NCBI RefSeq assembly: GCF_001457595.1
Contig: NZ_LN831039.1
Coordinates: 60,001 to 92,000, forward strand
Origin: Mycolicibacterium smegmatis
GTDB taxonomy: Bacteria; Actinomycetota; Actinomycetes; Mycobacteriales; Mycobacteriaceae
Reading direction: 5' to 3'
DNA: 32,000 nt
Shown piece by piece: positions 1 to 8,796 of the stretch (its first letter is position 1; each line of letters starts with the position of its first letter). Made by a program: the position numbers and the translations under genes. The notes under the pieces are model-generated. The model saw only the letters and a program-made list of their open reading frames with translations. It was not told the DNA's origin and ran no database searches.

Positions 1-262
1 GACGACATTCGACTACATCGTCGTCGGCGCGGGCTCGGCACGCCGGCCTGGACCAGGGCTACTGCGGCTACCACGCCGTCGGCACCGCGGCCATGGGTCC
101 CGATGACGACGACGTGCTCGATACACGGCTGCGGGTGCGTGGTGTGGAAGGCCTTCGCGTGGTGGACTGTTCGGCGATGCCGACCATGGTGTCGGGAAAC
201 CTGAACGGCCCCATGATGGCGATGGCGTGGCGAGCCGCCGACCTGATCCTGCAGGACCGCTG
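1..262 (+). pseudogene. GMC-family (choline dehydrogenase-like) oxidoreductase remnant; N-terminal FAD motif joined out of frame to the C-terminal end
   Basis: Frame starting at nt 2 reads TTFDYIVVGAGSA (GMC N-terminal dinucleotide-binding motif). Frame starting at nt 3 reads ...GLDQGYCGYHAVGTAAMGPDDDDVLDTRLRVRGVEGLRVVDCSAMPTMVSGNLNGPMMAMAWRAADLILQDR* (GMC C-terminus). Only about 20-30 nt separate the two motifs. Confidence 0.75.
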
Positions 263-269
263 AGCCCGT

Positions 270-644
270 CTACGCCACGAGCAACAGCACCGCCGTCACC
301 ACCATGACCACCGCCGTCGCGAAGTGCACACCCCACGCAGCGGCCTTCGAGCCGCCGTTGGTGAGCACGATCGCGGTGTCGGCAAGCGGAATGACCGTGG
401 CGGCCAACAGCACCCAGCCGAGCAGATGGGTCGCCCCGGCGATCATGAGGACGATGACGATCAGGCCCGAGGCGATGTCGCGGACACCCTTGACGCTCAG
501 GTAGGCGCCGGTGGACCGCTGCGCGAGGTCGGGGACCACGCCGTAGCCGGCGGCCGCGACTCGCGGCGCGACGAGGAACCGCGCTCCGACGACGATGATG
601 GCTGCGGCGATGAGCCCGGACAGTATGTAGGCGGCAGTGGTCAT
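270..644 (-). CDS. DUF4267-like small integral membrane protein
   Basis: 124 aa ORF MTTAAYILSGLIAAAIIVVGARFLVAP... with four hydrophobic segments; family assignment from recalled pattern (KGVRDIASGL). Confidence 0.75.
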   Translation of the reverse strand: MTTAAYILSGLIAAAIIVVGARFLVAPRVAAAGYGVVPDLAQRSTGAYLSVKGVRDIASGLIVIVLMIAGATHLLGWVLLAATVIPLADTAIVLTNGGSKAAAWGVHFATAVVMVVTAVLLLVA

Positions 645-655
645 GGCAGTTCCTG

Positions 656-961
656 TCAGTGGATGGGAGAGCAGGCGGTCGGGTCCAGCGGGATGGCCTG
701 GACGTCGAGAATCTCGGTGACGTCGAAACCGTCCATGTCACACGCGAATTCGCGGCTGGACATGACGCGGTGGGTCAGCTCGTCGGGGTCGGCGGGGTAG
801 TGGATCAGAGCGACCAGGCGGTTCGCGTCCCGATCGGTCCACACGCCGTGTGTGGTGATCCCGAACGTGGCGAACGTGTCGACGTGGCGCGCCCAGTGCA
901 CGGTCGCGTACTGATGCAGCGCCGCAGGGGAGCGCAGCGTGTAGATCCTGAGCTGGAACAT
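656..961 (-). CDS. NIPSNAP-family protein
   Basis: MFQLRIYTLRSPAALHQYATVHWARHVDTFATFGITTHGVWTD... typical NIPSNAP ferredoxin-like start; internal ATG of the longer ORF used. Confidence 0.75.
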   Translation of the reverse strand: MFQLRIYTLRSPAALHQYATVHWARHVDTFATFGITTHGVWTDRDANRLVALIHYPADPDELTHRVMSSREFACDMDGFDVTEILDVQAIPLDPTACSPIH

Positions 962-962
962 C

Positions 963-1439
963 TCAGACCGCCAGCACCACGCACAGCGCGGCCACGGCCA
1001 CACCTTGCAGTACCGCGCGGGCGCCGATGACATGATCCCACTTCTCCTGCAGCGCACGGCCGTTCGACAAGGCCATGCCCGCATCGGCGGCGGCGGTGAG
1101 TTGCCGGTTGACCGGCGCGCTCACCCGCAGGTAGAGCGCAAGCCAGACCAGTAACAGCGCCAGGGCGGTCACCGCCGCGAACACCTGCGCCCAGTGCGCA
1201 GTCACCGCGGCCAACGCCACGCACGCCGCCGAGGCCACGATCCCGATCACCCCGGGCACGGGCATGCGGTGGTCACCGAACCGGTGCACGTGCCCCATCA
1301 CGCTCACCAATGCGCCGTCGTCGACCGACGCCAGCGCCGGGCGCAGCACGGCCGCGCAGAAGACATCGGTGCCGTACACCACCGCGGTGCCGAGCACCGC
1401 CAGTACAGCGGAGGCCTGGATGAGCAGGTCAAGGTTCAT
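963..1439 (-). CDS. DUF1772-like membrane protein
   Basis: MNLDLLIQASAVLAVLGTAVVYGTDVFCAAVLRPAL...; four TM-like segments; directly upstream of the NIPSNAP ORF. Confidence 0.7.
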   Translation of the reverse strand: MNLDLLIQASAVLAVLGTAVVYGTDVFCAAVLRPALASVDDGALVSVMGHVHRFGDHRMPVPGVIGIVASAACVALAAVTAHWAQVFAAVTALALLLVWLALYLRVSAPVNRQLTAAADAGMALSNGRALQEKWDHVIGARAVLQGVAVAALCVVLAV

Positions 1440-1475
1440 GCTAGCGACGCTAACCCTGAAAGCGGACCGCGTCAA

Positions 1476-1504
1476 TAGCAGCGCTAGCGCATATAGCGCT
1501 GCTA
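1476..1504. promoter_or_regulatory. Candidate TetR operator (29-bp perfect-arm palindrome)
   Basis: TAGCAGCGCTA-GCGCATA-TAGCGCTGCTA: 11-nt arms perfectly complementary, 7-nt spacer, located in the divergent gap 10 nt before the tetR ATG. Confidence 0.8.
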
Positions 1505-1514
1505 CCATCGGGCC

Positions 1515-2078
1515 ATGTCCATCGAAGAGCGTCGGGAGCGCGAGCGTGCTGCCCGCCGGGAGCTGATCATCTCCACGGCACGACGACTGGCCGAGGCGGA
1601 AGGTTGGCAGGCCGTGACGACGCGACGGCTGTCCGCCGAGATCGAGTACAGCCAGCCGGTGCTGTACAAGCACTTCGCCGGTATGGAGGAACTCGCCGAT
1701 GCGGTGGCCCTCGACGGTTTCGGCGAGCTCGCCGAAGCGATGCGACAGGCCCGCAGAGGCGACGACCACCCGGACCATGCAGTCACCCGAATCGCGCAGG
1801 CCTATCTCGATTTCGCGCGCGCTAACCCGGCCGTCTACGACGCGATGTTCGCGCGCACGACAAATCTGCGCTTCGCCGCCGACGACACTCCGTCACCGCT
1901 CACCGAGGCCTTCGCGCAGTTGCGTGACGCCGTGGGCCGAAACGAAGACGCCGATACACTCACCGAGGTGCTGTGGGCCGCGCTGCACGGCCTGGTGATG
2001 CTCGGCCGGACTGGGCGGCTGCGGCCCGACCACGAAACCGAGCGTCTGCAACTGCTGGTCGATCGGATGTCCAGGTGA
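1515..2078 (+). CDS. TetR/AcrR family transcriptional regulator
   Basis: 187 aa; RRELIISTARRLAEAEGWQAVTTRRLSAEIEYSQPVLYKHFAGMEELADAVALDGF is a classical TetR HTH. Confidence 0.93.
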   Translation: MSIEERRERERAARRELIISTARRLAEAEGWQAVTTRRLSAEIEYSQPVLYKHFAGMEELADAVALDGFGELAEAMRQARRGDDHPDHAVTRIAQAYLDFARANPAVYDAMFARTTNLRFAADDTPSPLTEAFAQLRDAVGRNEDADTLTEVLWAALHGLVMLGRTGRLRPDHETERLQLLVDRMSR

Positions 2079-2093
2079 GCTGGAACCCGTGCC

Positions 2094-2867
2094 CTACGCT
2101 GACAGCCCCAGCGTGTAGGCCGTCATCGACAACGAACCGTAGGTGTACCCGCTGACCAGCGTGTCGACGGAATCCATACTCCCCGAGGCGATTCCGGCGA
2201 AGTACAGGAACGGGATGAAGTGGTCGGGAGTGGGGACGGCCAGCGCGTAATCGCGGTGCGCGTCGAGCGTCGCGACCTCGGCGGGGGAGTCGAGAAGTCG
2301 TGCCGCGGCCGCCTCGTCGAAGCGCTGGGCCCAGTCGTACCCGGAGTCGGACAGCCGCGGGTCCATGCCGCGCAGGTTGTGGACGATGTTGCCGCTGGCG
2401 ACCACGAGCACGCCGCGTTCACGCAGTCCGGCGAGCTCGGCCCCGAGTCGCAGGTGGTAATCAGCGGGCTCGTTGGCGTTGATCGCCAATTGGACGACGG
2501 GAATCGACGCGTCGGGGAACGCGTGGACCAGCACCGACCAGGTGCCGTGGTCGATGCCCCAGCTGTCGACGTCGGCACCCACCCAGGTCGGGTGAACCAG
2601 ATCGCTGACTTCCTCGGCCAACTCGGGGAGCCCGGGCGCAGGGTATTCGACGTCGAACAGTTCTCGGGGGAAGCCGTAGAAGTCGTGGATGGTGCGCGGG
2701 TGCGGCATCGCGGTGACGGCCGTGGCGTTGATGTACCAGTGCGCGCTGACCACCAGGATCGCGCGCGGACGTGGCACCGCCTGCCCGAACCGCTTCCACG
2801 CAGCGGTGTAGCGGTTGGATTCGATGGCGTTCAACGGGCTGCCGTGGCCGACGAACGCTGCGGGCAT
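2094..2867 (-). CDS. Extradiol ring-cleavage dioxygenase, 4,5-DOPA dioxygenase (YgiD/LigB) family
   Basis: MPAAFVGHGSPLNAIESNRY...ILVVSAHWY...WGIDHGTWSVLVHAFP...VVASGNIVHNLRG. Start at the internal ATG; an upstream ATG at 2918 is possible. Confidence 0.88.
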   Translation of the reverse strand: MPAAFVGHGSPLNAIESNRYTAAWKRFGQAVPRPRAILVVSAHWYINATAVTAMPHPRTIHDFYGFPRELFDVEYPAPGLPELAEEVSDLVHPTWVGADVDSWGIDHGTWSVLVHAFPDASIPVVQLAINANEPADYHLRLGAELAGLRERGVLVVASGNIVHNLRGMDPRLSDSGYDWAQRFDEAAAARLLDSPAEVATLDAHRDYALAVPTPDHFIPFLYFAGIASGSMDSVDTLVSGYTYGSLSMTAYTLGLSA

Positions 2868-3105
2868 GACGGACGGCACGTCTTCCAGGCTAGGACGTGT
2901 CGTCGACCACTGGTCCACCGGTTTGTCTGCCTGTCGAAACTCATGGAGTGACAGGACCCGGTGGCCCCGCTGGGGCTAATCTCGAGGCTGCCGGTCGGTT
3001 TTGTCGGGAGCACTGGAGGAGCGTTGGCGCAGTACTGCACCTGGCGCCGCACGCTGCCCACCACACCGGCTCCGGCGGCACGCGATGGGGGAACGGGGGG
3101 AATTG

Positions 3106-5163
3106 GTGTCTGACCTGCACCCCTCCGACGATCACGACGCCGATCCCCGCCTTGCACCGCTGCTGGCCTGGCGACAGCAACTCGTGGACTCCGGCGCGGT
3201 GGCGCCCCGCAGCTTCAAGGAGGCGCATCTGCGCCTCGTGCTGCGATCCGGGCGAACCGATGTCGAGCAGATCCGCGCCATGCTCCCGGGTTCGGTCGCC
3301 GAGCACGCCGAGGAGATGGCGCGCATCCTGGCCGAGCTCACGCCGGCCGCCCCCGAACCGGACCCGCCGCCTGTTCCCGAGCCGCAGCCCGAACCCGAGC
3401 CGGGCCCGGGCAAGCACCGCAGCCCCGAGACCGACGAGCCGCCCGTCGCCACGACGACGGAGATCCCGATCCCCACAACCGGTTTCGCGCCGTTTCAGTT
3501 CAGCAGCCAGCAGGTGGCGTTGCACGACATCACGGTGCAGCGCACCGACGCCGCGGTGGAGCTGAGCTGGCCCCCGTACGAGGCGCCGGACGACGAAGCG
3601 GCCCGGGACATCTCCGTCGTGATGTACCGCGTCGTCAGTTCGGACGACCAGGCACCGTACTCGCCGGACCCCGCGCATCTGGTGGCGCTCACCGAGGAAC
3701 CCAAAGCCACCGACGAGCGGCAGCAGGTCAGCCCGGTGCGGCACTACCAGGTCTGGGTCAACGTCGGCGCCTCCGAGGCGGCCGCGCGCAAGACGCAACC
3801 CGTGCTGTACGCGACCGCGGTACTGGTCCGGCCGGTGACCGGGTTCGAGATCCGCGAAGACGCCGGCTGGGTCATCGGTCAGTGGACCGCACCGCCGGGA
3901 GTGACGGCCGTGCACGTGTTCCGGGTGCCCATCGACGAGGTCGACCGCGACGAGGCGCAGTACCGGATCCTGACGGCCGGCGAGAACCTGGCAGGATTCG
4001 TCGACACCGAACCGGTCCGCGGGCAGCGCTACCGCTATCGCGCGCGCTGCGCGGTCAACGTCGACGGTGTCGTGCGGTTGTCCGAGGCGGCCGAGGCCGA
4101 CGTCGAACTCGCCGCGGCGCTCATGCCCGTCACCGACCTGGTGGTCGAGACCGCGGCCGACGGTGCGTCGTGCGACCTGTCCTGGACCCCGCCCGCGGGT
4201 GGTCAGGTCGCGATCTACCGCAGCCAGAACGGCCCGAGTGCGGGCGCCGAGGCCATCGAGCTGCCGCAGGGCGCCCTCGAACAGGTCGGGCTGACGCCCG
4301 AACTGCGGGTCACCCAGGACCTCACCGAGGAGACCGGATCCGACGGGCGCCGCCGCGCCCGCCTGACCGGGGTGACGTGGCCCTCGGAGTGGAGCCGGGC
4401 GTACTTCACCCCGGTGACGCTGATGGGCGAACGCGCGATGCTGGGCCGGACGCTGTCGTCGGTGCGGACGGGCACGATCCGCGACATCGAACTCGCCGAA
4501 TACTGCAATAAACAGGTGCTGACCTTCGACTGGCCCGACGGCGCGGCAAGCGTCATCGTGTATCTCGCGCCCAAGGGCCACGATCCGCGGTCGGGCCTCG
4601 ACGGCAAATCCTTCGAGATCTCGCTCGAGGAGTACGAACGCTACGGCGGCATGCACCTCACCGGCCAGCTTCCGGTCGGTGGGTGCTCGCTGCACCTGGC
4701 GCCCGTGGCGTTCGCGGGCGGACGTCGCGTGGTCGGGGCGTTCTCCAGCATCGAGTACCGCGGTCTGCTGCGGCTGCAGTATGCGGTGCGAATCGGGCGC
4801 GACCCCAACGGTTTTCCCACCACGGCGACCATTGCGCTGCGCGCCGAGCAGAACGTGCCGGGCTCACCGGGATTCGTCCTCGTCAACAATCCGCAGCGGT
4901 TGCCGCTGAGCGTGCACGACGGTCACCCCGTCGACGTCGCGCCGCTGGACGCGCGCGGTCAGCTGGCCGACCACCCGAGCAAGGAGCTGCGCTGGTCGGC
5001 GCTGACCACATCGGGCGACGGAGAACTGTGGGCCGCCAACCTAAGTGGCCTGCAGGGCTGGATCCGGTTGTTCGTCAACATCGGATCGCCTGCGCAACTG
5101 CGGGTCATCGCGCTGCTGGACCCGCCGGTCGAGACCCTGCGACTCACCGCGGCCACGCTATGA
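3106..5163 (+). CDS. saeA: SaeA-like protein: helical N-terminal region, Pro/Glu-rich linker, multiple Fn3-like domains
   Basis: GTG start preceded by GGGGGGAA; PEPDPPPVPEPQPEPEPGPG linker; repeated Fn3-like strands (AVELSWPPYEAP, GWVIGQWTAPPGVTAVHVFRV, ASCDLSWTPPAGGQVAIYRS). Symbol from position and recalled M. smegmatis sae locus. Confidence 0.7.
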   Translation: MSDLHPSDDHDADPRLAPLLAWRQQLVDSGAVAPRSFKEAHLRLVLRSGRTDVEQIRAMLPGSVAEHAEEMARILAELTPAAPEPDPPPVPEPQPEPEPGPGKHRSPETDEPPVATTTEIPIPTTGFAPFQFSSQQVALHDITVQRTDAAVELSWPPYEAPDDEAARDISVVMYRVVSSDDQAPYSPDPAHLVALTEEPKATDERQQVSPVRHYQVWVNVGASEAAARKTQPVLYATAVLVRPVTGFEIREDAGWVIGQWTAPPGVTAVHVFRVPIDEVDRDEAQYRILTAGENLAGFVDTEPVRGQRYRYRARCAVNVDGVVRLSEAAEADVELAAALMPVTDLVVETAADGASCDLSWTPPAGGQVAIYRSQNGPSAGAEAIELPQGALEQVGLTPELRVTQDLTEETGSDGRRRARLTGVTWPSEWSRAYFTPVTLMGERAMLGRTLSSVRTGTIRDIELAEYCNKQVLTFDWPDGAASVIVYLAPKGHDPRSGLDGKSFEISLEEYERYGGMHLTGQLPVGGCSLHLAPVAFAGGRRVVGAFSSIEYRGLLRLQYAVRIGRDPNGFPTTATIALRAEQNVPGSPGFVLVNNPQRLPLSVHDGHPVDVAPLDARGQLADHPSKELRWSALTTSGDGELWAANLSGLQGWIRLFVNIGSPAQLRVIALLDPPVETLRLTAATL

Positions 5164-7628
5164 CGTCGCGGTTCGGTCAGCTGACGTACACGTCGTTCGA
5201 TGCGGTCGGCACGGTGGGCGGATGGCAGGTCAAGGAGACCAGCGATGCGCTGACACCCGAGGAGACCCAGCTGATGCTGGCCGGCGTGCGCACGGTGTTC
5301 CGCACGGTCGAACCCATGCCGGACTACCCGACGCCCGAGCAGCTCGAGGCGGCGCCGCGTCGGCTGGCCTACAGCCGCGTCGGCGAGACGTATGCGGCGT
5401 TGTGGCACACGGTTCCCGCGGGCGCGGACAGCACGGGACGTCCGGGCAACGTGTTCGCGCACGTGCTGCTCGACCGCACACCCGACGTCGCACCGCGTCA
5501 CCGCGCGATCCAGTGGTGGCGCTCACCGCACTGGTTGTGTCCGTACGGTGCGACCGCGGTGTCCCGCGCGGCGCTCGCCGAGCCCGGTGCGGAACCCGGC
5601 CGTGTGGTGACCAAAGACAGCGTGGTGGCGTTCGCGCTGGACACCACCACATGGCGCTTGGCGACGCTGTTCGGGCTGCTCGATGCGGTGGCCGCGGCGC
5701 TCGACGGCGGCCCCCCGGTGGTGCTCGGTGTGGAGTCTCCTGACAACGCGGCCCAGTGGATCGGTCTGCTGAGCTTCCTGATGTCGCCGGGAACCGCTGC
5801 GCAGCTGAGCTTCTCGACGTTCGACCGCGCCGATCAGCTCAACCCGCACAGCGGGCAGATGCTCAGTGCGGTGCCGCTCGAGGACCTCTCGGCGGTGCCG
5901 GCCGGCATGGTGGCCATCAGTGAGGCGGAGACCCTGTCGCTGGGCGAGCTCGGGGGAGAACCGCACCGCACCGCGGGCGGATACGCCATCGACGTGACGC
6001 CGTGGTCGGCGATGGCCCAGGTGGTGGTGCTGGATCCGGGTTCGGCGCGGCGCCTGCTCGACGACATCGACGCGGTCGCCGAACAGGTCCGCGATTCGGG
6101 CCTGCACCCGGCCTGGCCGATGGCGATGGCCGTGGCCGGCCGCGCCGAATTCGCCGACGCCGAGGAGGAGGCGCACGAGGTCATCGCGGCGCATTCACCG
6201 CCCGGGGTGGCGGTGGGATCGGCGGCCGCGCGCACGATCTCCGGCGTGTTGTCGGCCGCAGTCGGGACCACCACCGCCGACGCGTGGCGCGCCGTGCAGG
6301 AACTGCCGACGGGCCCCGGGGCGGTGTTCGCTGACACCACCTACCTGTGCCGCGCGGTGGCCGACGACGCATGGTTGTCGAATTCTGGTCCAATACCCTT
6401 GGGCCCGAGGATGTTTCACGGGAAACCAATCCCTCCGCCGCTGCGCACGGCGATCGGCGATGCCCTGAACCCGGGCCGGGGCCCGGAGCGATTGCTGCAG
6501 GTGGCCGACCTGCTGGTCCGCGCCGGTGTCGAGGACCCGCGGATCCGCACCACCCTGGTCGAGGACGTCGTGCCGCGTCTGGGGGACGCCGAGGTGCGCG
6601 AGCGCGTCGGCGCCGACGCGCGGCTCACGCTCGGGGCCGTGCTGCTGAACGACGGCGACGCGAACGGCACCGCCATCGACGATGGCCTGCTGGACTGGCT
6701 GGCCGACACCGCGCCGCTGCCGCCACCCGACGAACTCGCACAGGCCACGCCGTGGGACCGCACGTGGACCATCGCCGCACTGCGCGGTGTGCGGGCGCGG
6801 CGGCGCGGTACCGGCGGCGCAGGCCAGGACGCCGGTGCGCTCCTGTGGTGGCTGCGTGCGACCGGGTCGGCGGATTTCGAGCAGACCGCGACCGCCTCGG
6901 CGTGGAATCCAGAGGATCTGCTGCTGGCCATCGGCGCTGATCCGCTGCCCGGCGCGACCGCGGTCCGCACCCTCGTCGCCGCCGCTGATTCCCCGGCGCT
7001 GAACCGGTTGGCCGCCAAGGTCATCGACGAGAACGGGGACACCTTGGCCGTCGCATGTGCCGCGGTGCGCACCATCGAACCCACGGTGTGGTTGCAGCAG
7101 CGCTACGTCGAGACCCACCAGCACGCGTACGTGCCGCTGTGGGACGAGGTGCTCAGCGTCGTCGACCCCGCCGACGTGCACCCCGACTTCTCCACCCGGT
7201 TGCTGGCGTTCGCGCTGCTCGGCCTGTTCACGGGGCATCCGTACCCGCGGGCGTGCAGTGGCTTCGCGGCGTCGGACCGGCTCGGCGGTGAGGCGATCGA
7301 AAGGCTCATGCCGCTGGTCGGCGAGGGACATCTCGCGCCGCATGCCGTGGTGGCGATCAGCCTGCTGCGCGCGGCGGCCCCGCCCGATCCGTCCCATCCC
7401 GACGTCACGCTCGACGAACTCGCGGGCCATCTCGCCGAGCAGGTGGCCACCGGCATGGTCGGCGACGACAACGACGTCGAGGGCGTGGTCGCGGTGATGG
7501 CGCAACTCTCGGGTGACTCGGCCGAGCCCGCGTTACGTGGATACCGCAAAATGGTCACCAAACTCATGGCGCGGCGCCGGGATTCGCCCTCGCTGACCGC
7601 GCGGCTACGGGGAGGCAGGCAGGCATGA
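5160..7628 (+). CDS. saeB: SaeB-like / GTPase-associated protein 1 (GAP1)-like protein
   Basis: ATGA overlap with the upstream gene; MTSRFGQLTYTSFDAVGTVGGWQVKETSDALTPEETQLM... resembles the recalled GAP1 N-terminal domain (type 2); long helical middle and C-terminal regions. 822 aa. Confidence 0.68.
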   Translation: MTSRFGQLTYTSFDAVGTVGGWQVKETSDALTPEETQLMLAGVRTVFRTVEPMPDYPTPEQLEAAPRRLAYSRVGETYAALWHTVPAGADSTGRPGNVFAHVLLDRTPDVAPRHRAIQWWRSPHWLCPYGATAVSRAALAEPGAEPGRVVTKDSVVAFALDTTTWRLATLFGLLDAVAAALDGGPPVVLGVESPDNAAQWIGLLSFLMSPGTAAQLSFSTFDRADQLNPHSGQMLSAVPLEDLSAVPAGMVAISEAETLSLGELGGEPHRTAGGYAIDVTPWSAMAQVVVLDPGSARRLLDDIDAVAEQVRDSGLHPAWPMAMAVAGRAEFADAEEEAHEVIAAHSPPGVAVGSAAARTISGVLSAAVGTTTADAWRAVQELPTGPGAVFADTTYLCRAVADDAWLSNSGPIPLGPRMFHGKPIPPPLRTAIGDALNPGRGPERLLQVADLLVRAGVEDPRIRTTLVEDVVPRLGDAEVRERVGADARLTLGAVLLNDGDANGTAIDDGLLDWLADTAPLPPPDELAQATPWDRTWTIAALRGVRARRRGTGGAGQDAGALLWWLRATGSADFEQTATASAWNPEDLLLAIGADPLPGATAVRTLVAAADSPALNRLAAKVIDENGDTLAVACAAVRTIEPTVWLQQRYVETHQHAYVPLWDEVLSVVDPADVHPDFSTRLLAFALLGLFTGHPYPRACSGFAASDRLGGEAIERLMPLVGEGHLAPHAVVAISLLRAAAPPDPSHPDVTLDELAGHLAEQVATGMVGDDNDVEGVVAVMAQLSGDSAEPALRGYRKMVTKLMARRRDSPSLTARLRGGRQA

Positions 7629-8782
7629 GCAAGTGCCCGCGGTGCTTCACCGCACTCAACCCGAACCAGTACCTGTGGACGCTGCCCGAGCAGTCCGGCG
7701 GTACGCGGTACCGCGACGAGGTCGCCACGGCCTACTCCGGCGCGCCCGCGGACTGCGGGCCGCTCTACACCTGGTCGCGCAGCCCGGGTTACAACGGTCC
7801 GCCTCCCCCCACGTCGGAGGCCACCCGCGCGCTGCAGGCCCCGGCGGTCGAGATCTGCCCGGTGTGTCACTTCACGCTGCCCGAGGGCTGGCGCGAGGGC
7901 CACGCCATCTGCATCGCCCTGGCCGGCGCTCGTGCCACCGGCAAGAGCCTGTACATCGCGGTGCTGGTCAAACAGCTTGAGCTGCTGTGTGAGCGGTTCG
8001 GCGTCTCGATGCAACCGGTCACCCGCGGCACCGCCCAGGCCTACGCCACCAACTACGAGACCCCGCTGTACGTGCAGCGCGGCCTGATCCCACCCACGCC
8101 GACGGTGCGCACCCAGACCTCGGATCACCGTGAGCCGCTGATGTTCTCACTCGGCATCTGGCACGGCGTGCGGCGGTTCCTGGTGCTGCGCGATGTCGCG
8201 GGCGAGGACATGGAGTCCGGCGACCTGCACGCACCGCCGTTCCGTTTCTTCGCCCACGCCGACGCGGTGTTCTTCATGTTCGACCCGTTGCGGGTCAAGA
8301 CCATTCGCGACCAGCTGCACGACCTGCTGCCCGCACAGGTGGTCAGCGGGGGTGATCCGCGAACGGTGCTGACCAACGTGTTGACGGCCGTGAGCCCGGG
8401 GCAGCCGAAGCTGGCGGTGATCCTGTCGAAGTTCGACGTACTGCGCGCGTTGCGCGACGTCGAGGGCTCCGAGTGGGGCCTGATCATGTCCAACGGCGGC
8501 GCGGCCTACCTGCGCGACACGTCCGACGGTCAGCAGTACGACGAGACCGACGGGCAACTGCTGCACGAGGAGGTGCGCAGCCTGCTGCTGCGCCTGCACG
8601 GCGGGTCGATCCTCGCGGCGGTCGAGAACCCGGCGACCGGAGTCCGGTTGCAGAGCCGCAACTTCGTCGTCTCGGCGCTGGGCCACCCGCCCTCGGGAAA
8701 TCGGCTGCACGCCAGGGGGATCGCACCGTTCCGCTGTGTCGACCCGATCCGCTGGGTCACCTCGGGCTTCGGCGTGCTGTAG
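7625..8782 (+). CDS. saeC: SaeC-like protein: zinc ribbon plus P-loop GTPase-like (DO-GTPase2-like) domain
   Basis: ATGA overlap with the upstream gene; CPRC...CPVC cysteine pairs; degenerate Walker A GARATGKSLYIAVL; FDPLR; LSKFD. Confidence 0.7.
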   Translation: MSKCPRCFTALNPNQYLWTLPEQSGGTRYRDEVATAYSGAPADCGPLYTWSRSPGYNGPPPPTSEATRALQAPAVEICPVCHFTLPEGWREGHAICIALAGARATGKSLYIAVLVKQLELLCERFGVSMQPVTRGTAQAYATNYETPLYVQRGLIPPTPTVRTQTSDHREPLMFSLGIWHGVRRFLVLRDVAGEDMESGDLHAPPFRFFAHADAVFFMFDPLRVKTIRDQLHDLLPAQVVSGGDPRTVLTNVLTAVSPGQPKLAVILSKFDVLRALRDVEGSEWGLIMSNGGAAYLRDTSDGQQYDETDGQLLHEEVRSLLLRLHGGSILAAVENPATGVRLQSRNFVVSALGHPPSGNRLHARGIAPFRCVDPIRWVTSGFGVL

Positions 8783-8796
8783 GCGTCGGCCGCTTC

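Noticed and set aside
2941-4695. 584-aa minus-strand ORF antisense to saeA
   Set aside because: Overlaps a well-supported gene; Arg/His-rich composition typical of high-GC mirror frames, no recognisable domain.
6195-7505. 436-aa minus-strand ORF antisense to saeB
   Set aside because: High-GC shadow ORF, Arg/Gly-rich, no motifs; sense-strand protein is coherent and operonic.
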